From positions 653,976,001 to 654,040,000 of the forward strand of contig NW_027362763.1 of the NCBI RefSeq assembly GCF_046119375.1: 64,000 nucleotides of DNA, in the 5' to 3' direction. Under the pieces are notes generated by a model that was given only the letters and a program-made list of their open reading frames with translations, was not told where the DNA came from and did not search any database. Positions 48,389 through 62,200 of the stretch are shown piece after piece (position 1 is the stretch's first letter; every line of letters begins with the position of its first letter). Origin of the DNA: Phyllobates terribilis. Taxonomy: Eukaryota. The position numbers were made by a program, and so were the translations under genes.

Positions 48389-48982
48389 ATTTGTCAGGGA
48401 ACGACAGTGACGAAAACGGGGAGATTACACAATATCTCACCGCTGCCGTCACTCTGTCAGGATTGAGCAGGGATTCTCGCACACACGATCCCGATAACTC
48501 ACTACTTAGGTATTGGCAGGCTAGCAGAAAGCGTATGGCATACACACCTCCGGATTCCAATGCATAGAATATGTGTATACGCCCCCCATACGGTTACTGC
48601 CACCTTCACGATAGCCCAATTATTATTAGTCGCTGCCACCACCAAACCAATTTGAAATATAATAAAGGTCGGGTCAGACGCCTGCGTTCTGGTAGCGTAT
48701 GGCTTCGGGGGAGGGAACGGTTACAGAACAAAAGAAACAGGACTATTCAATTTTATTTAATCCAAAATGGAGGCAGTGTTTAGGAAAAATATACAAAAGG
48801 TTTCACAAATGTACATTTACAGTACAGAATATACACAAAATAAACAGGATTAAAGAAGAAACTTACTATAAAGATCGCAGAGACGACTCAGTATATTTCG
48901 AGGGGAGCTCTCCTATGACCATTCATCGAACGTGACCCCTTGCTTATGAAACGTATACTCCCGGCAATGAGCACTGAACCCC

Positions 48983-49428
48983 TGTCACGGGTGTATCAGA
49001 GGAGAAAGACAGTCCCCCTGCATTTGGTTGCAGGAGATCTCTATATTTGGCATTACAGACATCTTCTTAGATGAGAGGCTGTCTCTAGGACCTAATGGCT
49101 ATTTCCGACTGATAATTAGCTCCCTTGCCTGGGTGTATATATACACCTGATGTGTCTGAGAGGGAGGTGCCGGCGATATTCATTTCTACTTGTGAAGGCT
49201 TAGCAAGAGCAGTACTTCGTCCACTCTGGAGCTTGAGGCCAAGTTCGCATTTGTCTGGAGTCGTCTAAAGCTAAGCACTCTTCCCGTTTGTCTACCCTTG
49301 TTGTCTATAGAGTTTAGTGGAGATCGACTAATGCTCATGTCCTCCCATCCCTAGCCATACGCCAGGGAAAGACAGGGCGAGGCATGAGTGCGGCGATTGC
49401 TGAAGAGGCAAGTTGAGAAAGGGTGACA
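48983..49428. mobile_element. Probable unrelated solo LTR nested in the Gypsy 5' LTR
   Basis: TGTCAC...GTGACA termini and a TATA-like gtatatatacac. The block is absent from the 3' LTR. No TSD is visible. Confidence 0.6.
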
Positions 49429-50254
49429 CTAGACCAGACTAGGAGGATGACCTCACGTGAGCTGGGCTCCAGCCTTCATATTTTTATTAGCATATCTGGT
49501 TTCTGCAATAATTTCTCGCTGGTTGATCGCAGAATCCCGAAAGTGATACCATACTTTTCATCATGAATTTACTCTTCTCCAGAGTCAACACATGATACAG
49601 CTGTGGTCTGTCAATCTGTACTTTTGCGTTACCGCACCCCAGAGGGGAGTTCAGCTATGGAAAATTATCCATATTGTTCCTTGGCAGACCCTGCCACTAA
49701 AAATATGGGTCGCATTATTATCGGACGTACGGAACTTCAAATATTCCATATTTTGCGCCGGTGTCAGCCAGACTAAAGATTTCTGTTGAATTCTTCTGAA
49801 GTTCTGGGAATACAACCTTCTCATCTAGATGTAGATTTATCGCAGGTCTGTGTCACTGGAAGACACACTTGCATGTTAATTGGGTTTGCCACCTCTCTTA
49901 GTACTGGCCTCTGCCTCTTAGCCACTTCTCATGTGTGTGTTAATTTGCATATAAGCCACAGGCCAAAGTGTCAGCTCTTTTGACTGTCAGCTCTGACAAA
50001 TGGTAGATAGGAGGGGGGGGGGGTGAGGGGTTTCAGGGGGAGAGGGAAATCCTTAATATTTTATTAATATCTAGGACAGGGGAAAAGAAAGATTTTCAAT
50101 ATTTCCATGACAGTGACCATGATATAATAAATGGAGATCTGTCCTAATATTAAGTGCCTCACAGTGGTTCTTCCCTTGTACAAGTACTTGGACTATGTAA
50201 CATTGATTTGGAGCAGACACATTGTCTCAGAAAGTCTCACATTACATGGCGACA

Positions 50255-53200
50255 ATACTGTGGATAATGATCAGTACTGTCTGTATATAGTATATGAGGT
50301 AATAATAGTGATATACGGGGTCCAGTACCTGTGTATAGTGATCAGTACTGTCTGTATATAGTATATGAGGTAATAATAGTGATATACAGGGTCCAGTACC
50401 TGTGTATAGTGATCAGTGCTGTCTGTATACAGTATATGAGATAATAATGGTGATATACAGGGTCCAGTACCTGTGTATAGTGATCAGTACTGTCTGTATA
50501 TAGTATATGAGGTAATAATGGTGGTATACAGGGTCCAGTACCTGTGTATAGTGATCAGTACTGTCTGTATATAGTATATGAGATAATAATGGTGGTATAC
50601 AGGGTCCAGTACCTGTGTATAGTGATCAGTACTGTCTGTATATAGTATATGAGGTAATAATGGTGATATACAGGGTCCAGTACCTGTGTATAGTGATCAG
50701 TACTGTCTGTATATAGTATATGAGATAATAATGGTGGTATACAGCGTCCAGTACCTGTGTATAGTGATCAGTGCTGTCTGTATATAGTATATGAGGTAAT
50801 AATGGTGGTATACAGGGTCCAGTACCTGTGTATAGTGATCAGTACTGTCTGTATATAGTATATGAGGTAATAATGGTGTTATACAGGGTCCAGTACCTAT
50901 GTATAGAGATCAGTGCTCTCTGTATATAGTATATGAGGTAATAATGGTGATATACAGGGTCCAGTACCTGTGTATAGTGATCAGTGCTGTCTGTTTACAG
51001 TACATGAGGTAATAATAGTGATATACAGGGTCCAGTACCTGTGTATAGTAATCAGTGCTGTCTGTATACAGTATATGAGATAATAATGGTGGTATACAGG
51101 GACAAGTACCTGTGTATAGTAATCAGTGCTGTCTGTATACAGTATATGAGATAATAATGGTGGTATACAGGGACAAGTACCTGTGTATAGTGATCAGTGC
51201 TGTCGTATACAGGATATGAGGTAATAATGGTAATATACAGGGTCCAGTACCTGTGTATAGTGATCAGTGCTGTCTGTATACAGGATATGAGGTAATAATG
51301 GTGGTATACGGGGTCCAGTACCTGTGTATAGTGATCAGTGCTGTCTGTATACAGGATATGAGGTAATAATGGTGATATACAGGGTCCAGTACCTGTGTAT
51401 AGTGATCAGTACTGTCTGTATACAGTATATGAGGTAATAATGGTGATATACAGGGTCCAGTACCTGTGTATAGTGATCAGTGCTGTCTGTTTACAGTATA
51501 TGAGGTAATAATAGTGATATAAAGGGTCCAATACCTGTGTATAGTGATCAGCGCTGTCTGTACACAGTATATGAGATAATAATGGTGGTATACAGGGTCC
51601 AGTACCTGTGTATAGTGATCAGTGATGTCTGTATATAGTATATGAGGTAATAATGGTGGTATACGGGGTCCAGTACCTGTGTATAGTGATCAGTGCTGTC
51701 TGTATACAGTATATGAGGTAATAATGGTGGTATACAGGGTAGAGTACCTGTGTATAGTGATCAGTACTGTCTGTATACAGTATATGAGGTAATAATGGTG
51801 ATATACAGGGTCCAGTACCTGTGTATAATGATCAGTACTGTCTGTATATAGTATATGAGGTAATAATAGTGATATACGGGGTCCAGTACCTGTGTATAGT
51901 GATCAGTACTGTCTGTATATAGTATATGAGGTAATAATAGTGATATACAGGGTCCAGTACCTGTGCATAGTGATCAGTGCTGTCTGTATACAGTATATGA
52001 GGTAATAATGGTGATATACAGAGTCCAATACCTGAGTATAGTGATCAGTACTGTCTGTATATAGTATATGAGGTAATAATGGTGATATACAGGGTCCAGT
52101 ACCTGTGTATAGTGATCAGTGCTGTCTGTATATAGTATATGAGGTAATAATGGTGGTGTAAAGCGGTCCAGTACCTGTGGATAATGATCAGTACGGTCTG
52201 TATATAGTATATGAGGTAATAATGGTGATATACAGGGTCCAGTACCTGTGTATAGTGATCAGTACTGTCTGTATACAGTATATGAGGTAATAATTGTGGT
52301 ATACAGGGTGCAGTACCTGTGTATAGTGATCAGTGCTGTCTGTATATAGTATATGAGGTAATAATGGTGGTGTAAAGGGGTCCAGTACCTGTGTATAGTG
52401 ATCAGTACTGTCTGTATACAGTATATGAGGTAATAATGGTGATATACAGGGTCCAGTACCTATGTATAGAGATCAGTGCTGTCTGTATATAGTATATGAG
52501 GTAATAATGGTGGTATACAGGGTCCAGTACCTGTGTATAGTGATCAGTACTGTCTGTATATAGTATATGAGATAATAATGGTGGTATACAGGGTCCAGTA
52601 CCTGTGTATAGTGATCAGTACTGTCTGTATATAGTATATGAGGTAATAATGGTGATATACAGGGTCCAGTACCTGTGTATAGTGATCAGTACTGTCTGTA
52701 TATAGTATATGAGATAATAATGGTGGTATACAGCGTCCAGTACCTGTGTATAGTGATCAGTGCTGTCTGTATATAGTATATGAGGTAATAATGGTGGTAT
52801 ACAGGGTCCAGTACCTGTGTATAGTAATCAGTGCTGTCTGTATACAGTATATGAGATAATAATGGTGGTATACAGGGACAAGTACCTGTGTATAGTAATC
52901 AGTGCTGTCTGTATACAGTATATGAGATAATAATGGTGGTATACAGGGACAAGTACCTGTGTATAGTGATCAGTGCTGTCTGTATACAGGATATGAGGTA
53001 ATAATGGTAATATACAGGGTCCAGTACCTGTGTATAGTGATCAGTGCTGTCTGTATACAGGATATGAGGTAATAATGGTGGTATACGGGGTCCAGTACCT
53101 GTGTATAGTGATCAGTGCTGTCTGTATACAGGATATGAGGTAATAATGGTGATATACAGGGTCCAGTACCTGTGTATAGTGATCAGTACTGTCTGTATAC

Positions 53201-56200
53201 AGTATATGAGGTAATAATGGTGATATACAGGGTCCAGTACCTGTGTATAGTGATCAGTGCTGTCTGTTTACAGTATATGAGGTAATAATAGTGATATAAA
53301 GGGTCCAATACCTGTGTATAGTGATCAGCGCTGTCTGTACACAGTATATGAGATAATAATGGTGGTATACAGGGTCCAGTACCTGTGTATAGTGATCAGT
53401 GATGTCTGTATATAGCATATGAGGTAATAATGGTGGTATACGGGGTCCAGTACCTGTGTATAGTGATCAGTGCTGTCTGTATACAGTATATGAGGTAATA
53501 ATGGTGGTATACAGGGTCCAGTACCTGTGTATAGTGATCAGTACTGTCTGTATACAGTATATGAGGTAATAATGGTGATATACAGGGTCCAGTACCTGTG
53601 TATAATGATCAGTACTGTCTGTATATAGTATATGAGGTAATAATAGTGATATACGGGGTCCAGTACCTGTGTATAGTGATCAGTACTGTCTGTATATAGT
53701 ATATGAGGTAATAATAGTGATATACAGGGTCCAGTACCTGTGCATAGTGATCAGTGCTGTCTGTATACAGTATATGAGGTAATAATGGTGATATACAGCG
53801 TCCAATACCTGAGTATAGTGATCAGTACTGTCTGTATATAGTATATGAGGTAATAATGGTGATATACAGGGTCCAGTACCTGTGTATAGTGATCAGTGCT
53901 GTCTGTATATAGTATATGAGGTAATAATGGTGGTGTAAAGCGGTCCAGTACCTGTGGATAATGATCAGTACGGTCTGTATATAGTATATGAGGTAATAAT
54001 GGTGATATACAGGGTCCAGTACCTGTGTATAGTGATCAGTACTGTCTGTATACAGTATATGAGGTAATAATGGTGGTATACAGGGTGCAGTACCTGTGTA
54101 TAGTGATCAGTGCTGTCTGTATATAGTATATGAGGTAATAATGGTGGTGTAAAGGGGTCCAGTACCTGTGTATAGTGATCAGTACTGTCTGTATACAGTA
54201 TATGAGGTAATAATGGTGATATACAGGGTCCAGTACCTGTGTATAGTAATCAGTGCTGTCTGTATACAGTATATGAGATAATAATGGTGGTATACAGGGA
54301 CAAGTACCTGTGTATAGTAATCAGTGCTGTCTGTATACAGTATATGAGATAATAATGGTGGTATACAGGGACAAGTACCTGTGTATAGTGATCAGTGCTG
54401 TCTGTATACAGGATATGAGGTAATAATGGTAATATACAGGGTCCAGTACCTGTGTATAGTGATCAGTGCTGTCTGTATACAGGATATGAGGTAATAATGG
54501 TGGTATACGGGGTCCAGTACCTGTGTATAGTGATCAGTGCTGTCTGTATACAGGATATGAGGTAATAATGGTGATATACAGGGTCCAGTACCTGTGTATA
54601 GTGATCAGTACTGTCTGTATACAGTATATGAGGTAATAATGGTGATATACAGGGTCCAGTACCTGTGTATAGTGATCAGTGCTGTCTGTTTACAGTATAT
54701 GAGGTAATAATAGTGATATAAAGGGTCCAGTACCTGTGTATAGTGATCAGCGCTGTCTGTACACAGTATATGAGATAATAATGGTGGTATACAGGGTCCA
54801 GTACCTGTGTATAGTGATAAGTGCTGTCTGTATATAGTATATGAGGTAATAATGGTGGTATACGGGGTCCAGTACCTGTGTATAGTGATCAGTGCTGTCT
54901 GTATACAGTATATGAGGTAATAATGGTGGTATACAGGGTCCAGTACCTGTGTATAGTGATCAGTACTGTCTGTATACAGTATATGAGGTAATAATGGTGA
55001 TATACAGGGTCCAGTACCTGTGTATAATGATCAGTACTGTCTGTATATAGTATATGAGGTAATAATAGTGATATACGGGGTCCAGTACCTGTGTATAGTG
55101 ATCAGTACTGTCTGTATATAGTATATGAGGTAATAATAGTGATATACAGGGTCCAGTACCTGTGCATAGTGATCAGTGCTGTCTGTATACAGTATATGAG
55201 GTAATAATGGTGATATACAGCGTCCAATACCTGAGTATAGTGATCAGTACTGTCTGTATATAGTATATGAGGTAATAATGGTGATATACAGGGTCCAGTA
55301 CCTGTGTATAGTGATCAGTGCTGTCTGTATATAGTATATGAGGTAATAATGGTGGTGTAAAGGGGTCCAGTACCTGTGGATAATGATCAGTACGGTCTGT
55401 ATATAGTATATGAGGTAATAATGGTGATATACAGGGTCCAGTACCTGTGTATAGTGATCAGTACTGTCTGTATACAGTATATGAGGTAATAATGGTGATA
55501 TACAGGGTCCAGTACCTGTGTATAGTGATCAGTGCTGTCCGTATATAGTATATGAGGTAATAATGGTGTTATACGGGGTCCAGTACCTGTGGATAATGAT
55601 CAGTACGGTCTGTATATAGTATATGAGGTAATAATGGTGATATACAGGGTCCAGTACCTGTGTATAGTGATCAGTACTGTCTGTATACAGTATATGAGGT
55701 AATAATGGTGATATACAGGGTCCAGTACCTGTGTATAATGATCAGTACTGTCTGTATATAGTGTATGAGGTAATAATGGTGGTATACAGGGTCCAGTACC
55801 TGTGTATAGTGATCATGCTGTCTGTATACAGTATATGAGGTAATAATGGTGATATACAGGGTCCAGTACCTGTGTATAGTGATCAGTACTGTCTGTATAT
55901 AGTATATGAGGTAATAATAGTGATATACAGGGTCCAGTACCTGTGTATAGTGATCAGTGCTGTCTGTATACAGTATATGAGATAATAATGGTGGTATACA
56001 GGGTCCAGTACCTGTGTATAGTGATCAGTGCTGTCTGTATATAGTATATGAGGTAATAATGGTGGTATACAGGGTCCAGTACCTGTGTATAGTGATCAGT
56101 GCTGCCTGTATACAGTATATGAGGTAATAATGTTGGTATACGGGGTCCAGTACCTGTGTATAGTGATCAGTACTGTCTGTATACAGTATATGAGGTAATA

Positions 56201-59200
56201 ATGGTGATATACAGGGTCCAGTACCTGTGTATAGTGATCAGTGCTGTCTCTATATAGTATATGAGGTAATAATGGTGGTATACAGGGTCCAGTACCTGTG
56301 TATAGTGATCAGTGCTGCCTGTATACAGTATATGAGGTAATAATGTTGGTATACGGGGTCCAGTACCTGTGTATAGTGATCAGTACTGTCTGTATACAGT
56401 ATATGAGGTAATAATGGTGATATACAGGGTCCAGTACCTGTGTATAGTGATCAGTGCTGTCGGTTTACAGTATATGAGGTAATAATGGTGATATACAGGG
56501 TCCAGTACCTGTGTATAGTGATCAGTACGGTCTGTATACAGTATATGAGGTAATAATGGTGATATACAGGGTCCAGTACCTGTGTATAGTGATCAGTGCT
56601 GTCGGTATATAGAATATGAGGTAATAATGGTGGTATACAGGGTCCAGTAACTGTGTATAGAGATCAGTGCTGCCTGTATACAGTATATGAGGTAATAATG
56701 TTGGTATACGGGGTCCAGTACCTGTGTATAGTGATCAGTACTGTCTGTATACAGTATATGAGGTAATAATGGTGATCTACAGGATCCAGTACCTGTGTAT
56801 AGTGATCAGTGCTGTCTGTTTACAGTATATGAGGTAATAATGGTGATATACCGTGTCCAGTACCTGTGTATAGTGATCAGTATTGTCTGTATACAGTATA
56901 TGAGGTAATAATGGTGATATACAGGGTCCAGTACCTGTGTATAGTGATCAGTATTGTCTGTATACAGTATATGAGGTAATAATGGTGGTATACAGGGTCC
57001 AGTACCTGTGTATAGTGATCAGTGCTGCCTGTATACAGTATATGAGGTAATAATGTTGGTATACGGGGTCCAGTACCTGTGTATAGTGATCAGTACTGTC
57101 TGTATACAGTATATGAGGTAATAATGGTGATATACAGGGTCCAGTACCTGTGTATAGTGATCAGTGCTGTCTGTTTACAGTATATGATGTAATAATGGTG
57201 ATATACAGGGTCCAGTACCTGTGTATAGTGATCAGTACGGTCTGTATACAGTATATGAGGTAATAATGGTGATATACAGGGTCCAGTACCTGTGTATAGT
57301 GATCAGTGCTGTCTGTATATAGAATATGAGGTAATAATGGTGGTATACAGGGTCCAGTAACTGTGTATAGAGATCAGTGCTACCTGTATACAGTATATGA
57401 GGTAATAATGGTGATATACAGGGTCCAGTACCTGTGTATAGTGATCAGTATTGTCTGTATACAGTATATGAGGTAATAATGGAGAGATACAGGGTCCAGT
57501 ACCTGTGTATAGTGATCAGTACTGTCTGTATACAGTATATGAGGTAATAATGTTGGTATACGGGGTCCAGTACCTGTGTATAGTGATCAGTGCTGTCTGT
57601 ATATAGTATATGAGGTAATACTAGTGGTATACAGGGTCCAGTACCTGTGTATAGTGATCAGTGCTGCCTGTATACAGTATATGAGGTAATAATGTTGGTA
57701 TACGGGGTCCAGTACCTGTGTATAGTGATCAGTACTGTCTGTATACAGTATATGAGGTAATAATGGTGATATACAGCGTCCAGTACCTGTGTATAGTGAT
57801 CAGTGTTGTCTGTTTACAGTATATGAAGAAATAATGGTGGTATACAGGGTCCAGTACCTGTGTATAGTGATCAGTACAGTCTGTATACAGTATATGAGGT
57901 AATAATGGTGGTATACAGGGTCCAGTACCTGTGTATAGTGATCAGTACTGTCTGTATACAGTATATGAGATAATAATGGTGGTATACAGGGTCCAGTACC
58001 TGTGTATAGTGATCAGTGCTGTCTGTATACAGTATATGAGATAATAATGGTGGTGTACAGGGTCCAGTACCTGTGTATAGTGATCAGTACTGTCTGTATA
58101 CAGTATATGAGGTAATAATGGTGGTATACAGGGTCCAGTACCTGTGTATAGTGATCAGTACTGTCTGTATACAGTATATGAGGTAATAATGGTGGTATAC
58201 AGGGTCCAGTACCTGTGTATAGTGATAAGTGCTGTCTGTATACAGTATATGAGGTAATAATGGTGATAAACAGGGTCCAGTACCTGTGTATAGTGATCAG
58301 TACTGTCTGTATACAGTATATGAGGTAATAATGGTGGTATACAGGGTCCAGTACCTGTATATAGTGATCAGTACTGTCTGTATACAGTATATGAGGTAAT
58401 AATGGTGATATACAGGGTCCAGTACCTGTGTATAGTGATCAGTGCTGTCTGTATACAGTATATGAGATAATAATGGTGATATACAGGGTCCAGTACCTGT
58501 ATATAGTGATCAGTACTGTCTGTATACAGTATATGAGGTAATAATGGTGATATACAGGGTCCAGTACCTGTGTATAGTGATCAGTGCTGTCTGTATACAG
58601 GATATGAGATAATAATGGTGGTATACATGGTCCAGTACCTGTGTATAGTGATCAGTACTGTCAGTATATAGTATATGAGGTAATAATGGTGATATACAGG
58701 GTCCAGTACCTGTGTATAGTGATCAGTGCTGTCTTTATATAGTATATGAGGCAATAATGGTGGTATACAGGGTCCAGTACCTGTGTACAGCGATCAGTGC
58801 TGTCTTTATACAGTATATGAGGTAATAATGGTAATATACAGGGTCCAGTACCTGTGTATAGTGATCAGTACAGTCTGTATACAGTATATGAGGTAATAAT
58901 GGTGATATACAGGGTCCAGTACCTGTGTATAGTGATCAGTGCTGTCTGTATACAGTATATGAGGTAATAATGGTGATATACAGGGTCCAGTACCTGTGTA
59001 TAGTGATCAGTACTGTCTGTATACAGTATATGAGGTAATAATGGTGGTATACAGGGTCCAGTACCTGTGTATAGTGATCAGTGCTGTCTGTATACAGTAT
59101 ATGAGGTAATAATGGTGATATACAGGGTCCAGTACCTGTGTATAGTGATCAGTGCTGTCTGTATATAGTATATCAGGTAATAATGGTGATATACAGGGTC

Positions 59201-62200
59201 CAGTACCTGTGTATAGTGATCAGTGCTGTCTGTATAAAGTAGATGAGGTAATAATGGTAATGTACAGGGTCCAGTACCTGTGTATAGTGATCAGTGCTGT
59301 TTGTATATTGGATATGAGGTAATAATGGTGATATACAGCGTCCAGTACATGTGTATAGTGATCAGTGCTGCCTGTATACAGTATATGAGGTAATAAGGGT
59401 GATATACAGGGTCCAGTACCTGTGTATAGTGATCAGTGCTGTCTGTATACAGGATATGAGGTAATAATGGTGGTATACATGGTCCAGTACCTGTGTATAG
59501 TGATCAGTACTGTCTGTATATAGTATATGAGGTAATAATAGTGATATAAGGGGTCCAGTACCTGTGTATAGTGATCAGTACTGTCTGTATATAGTATATG
59601 AGGTAATAATGGTGGTATACAGAGTCCAGTACCTGTGTATAGTGATCAGTGCTGTCGGTATACAGTATATGAGATAATAATGGTGATATACAGGGTCCAG
59701 TACCTGTGTATAGTGATCAGTACTGTCTGTATACAATATATGAGGTAATAATGGTGATATACAGGGTCCAGTACCTGTGTATAGTGATCAGTACTGTCTG
59801 TATACAGGATATGAGGAAATAATGGTGGTATACAGTTAAGTACCTGTGTATAGTGATCAGTACTGTCTGTATACAGTATATGAGGTAATAATGGTGATAT
59901 ACAGGGTCCAGTACCTGTGTATAGTGATCAGTGCTGTCTTTATACAGTATATGAGGTAATAATGGTGGTATACAGGGTCCAGTACCTGTGTATAGTGATC
60001 AGTACTGTCTGTATACAGTATATGAGGTAATAATGGTGGTATACAGGGTCCAGTACCTGTGTATAGTGGTCAGTGCTGTCTGTATACAGTATATGAGGAA
60101 ATAATGGTGGTATACAGGGTCCAGTACCTGTGTATAGTGATCAGTACTCTCTGTATACAGTATATGAGGTAATAATGGTGGTATACAGGGTCCAGTACCT
60201 GTGTATAGTGATCAGTGCTGTCTGTATACAGGATATGAGGTAATAATGGTGATATACAGGGTCCAGTACCTGTGTATAATGATCAGTGCTGTCTATATAC
60301 AGGATATGAGGTAACAATGGTGATATACAGGGTCCAGTAGCTGTGTATAGTGATCAGTGCTGTGTGTATACAGTATATGAGGTAATAATGGTGATATACA
60401 GGGTCCAGTACCTGTGTATAGTGATTAGTACAGTCTGTATACAGTATATGAGGTAAAAATAGTGATATACAGGGTCCAGTACCTGTGTATAGTGATCAGT
60501 GCTGTCTGTATACAGTATATGAGGTAATAATGGTGATATACAGGGTCCAGGACCTGTGTATAGTGATCAGTGCTGTCTGTATACAGTATATGAGATAATA
60601 ATGGTGGTATACAGGGTCCAGTACCTGTGTATAGTGATCAGTGCTGTCTGTATACAGTATATGAGGTAATAATGGTGATATACAGGGTCCAGTACCTGTG
60701 TATAGTGATCAGTGCTGTCTGTATACAGGATATGAGGTAATAATGGTGGTATACAGGGTCCAGTACCTGTGTATAGTGATCAGTGCTGTGTGTATACAGT
60801 ATATGAGGTAATAATGGTGATATACAGGGTCCAGTACCTGTGTATAGTGATTAGTACAGTCTGTATACAGTATATGAGGTAATAATGGTGGTATACAGGG
60901 TCCAGTACCTGTGTATAGTGATCAGTGCTGTGTGTATACAGTATATGAGGTAATAATGGTGATATACAGGGTCCAGTACCTGTGTATAGTGATTAGTACA
61001 GTCTGTATACAGTATATGAGGTAATAATGGTGGTATACAGGGTCCAGTACCTGTGTATAGTGATTAGTACAGTCTGTATACAGTATATGAGGTAATAATG
61101 GTGGTATACAGGGTCCAGTACCTGTGTATAGTGATCAGTGCTGTCTATATACAGTATATGAGGTAATAATGGTGGTACACAGGGTCCAGTACCTGTGTAT
61201 AGTGATCAGTGCTGTCTGTATAAAGGATATGAGGTAATAATGGTGGTATACAGGGTCCAGTACCTGTGTATAGTGATCAGTGCTGTGTGTATACAGTTTA
61301 TGAGGTAATAATGGTGATATACAGGGTCCAGTACCTGTGTATAGTGATCAGTGCTGTCTTTATACAGTATATGAGGTAATAATGGTGGTATACAGGGTCC
61401 AGTACCTGTGTATAGTGATCAGTGCTGTCTTTATACAGTATATGAGGTAATAATGGTGGTATACAGGGTCCAGTACCTGTGTATAGTGATCAGTGTTGTC
61501 TGTTTACAGTATATGAAGAAATAATGGTGGTATACAGGGTCCAGTACCTGTGTATAGTGATCAGTACAGTCTGTATACAGTATATGAGGTAATAATGGTG
61601 GTATACAGGGTCCAGTACCTGTGTATAGTGATCAGTACTGTCTGTATACAGTATATGAGATAATAATGGTGGTATACAGGGTCCAGTACCTGTGTATAGT
61701 GATCAGTGCTGTCTGTATACAGTATATGAGATAATAATGGTGGTGTACAGGGTCCAGTACCTGTGTATAGTGATCAGTACTGTCTGTATACAGTATATGA
61801 GGTAATAATGGTGGTATACAGGGTCCAGTACCTGTGTATAGTGATCAGTACTGTCTGTATACAGTATATGAGGTAATAATGGTGGTATACAGGGTCCAGT
61901 ACCTGTGTATAGTGATAAGTGCTGTCTGTATACAGTATATGAGGTAATAATGGTGATAAACAGGGTCCAGTACCTGTGTATAGTGATCAGTACTGTCTGT
62001 ATACAGTATATGAGGTAATAATGGTGGTATACAGGGTCCAGTACCTGTATATAGTGATCAGTACTGTCTGTATACAGTATATGAGGTAATAATGGTGATA
62101 TACAGGGTCCAGTACCTGTGTATAGTGATCAGTGCTGTCTGTATACAGTATATGAGATAATAATGGTGATATACAGGGTCCAGTACCTGTATATAGTGAT

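Larger units (their letters stand above)
44757..50112 (-). mobile_element. Internally deleted Gypsy LTR retrotransposon (Gmr1-like, SCAN-type gag)
   Basis: 5-bp TSD GTGAC (44752-56, 50113-17). LTRs 48392-50112 and 44757-46115 both start TGTCATG and end CTGACA. PPT GAGGGGGAGA at 46116-25. RT, RNase H and IN are missing. Confidence 0.93.
29357..50202 (+). mobile_element. 5'-truncated class I (epsilon-like) endogenous retrovirus, fragmented by four insertions
   Basis: RNase H, integrase, env, PPT-like tract and 3' LTR pieces are collinear once the hAT, Harbinger MITE, Tc1 and Gypsy inserts (each with a TSD) are removed. Confidence 0.85.
41978..50202 (+). promoter_or_regulatory. ERV 3' LTR (~480 bp native) in four pieces: 41978-42212, 43072-43201, 44727-44756, 50118-50202
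   Basis: Purine tract agtggaggagaa then TGT. Two CCAAT boxes (43.1-43.2 kb), a TATA-like cctatacaag (~44740), AATAAA (~50127), and an end at tatgtaACA. Confidence 0.65.
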
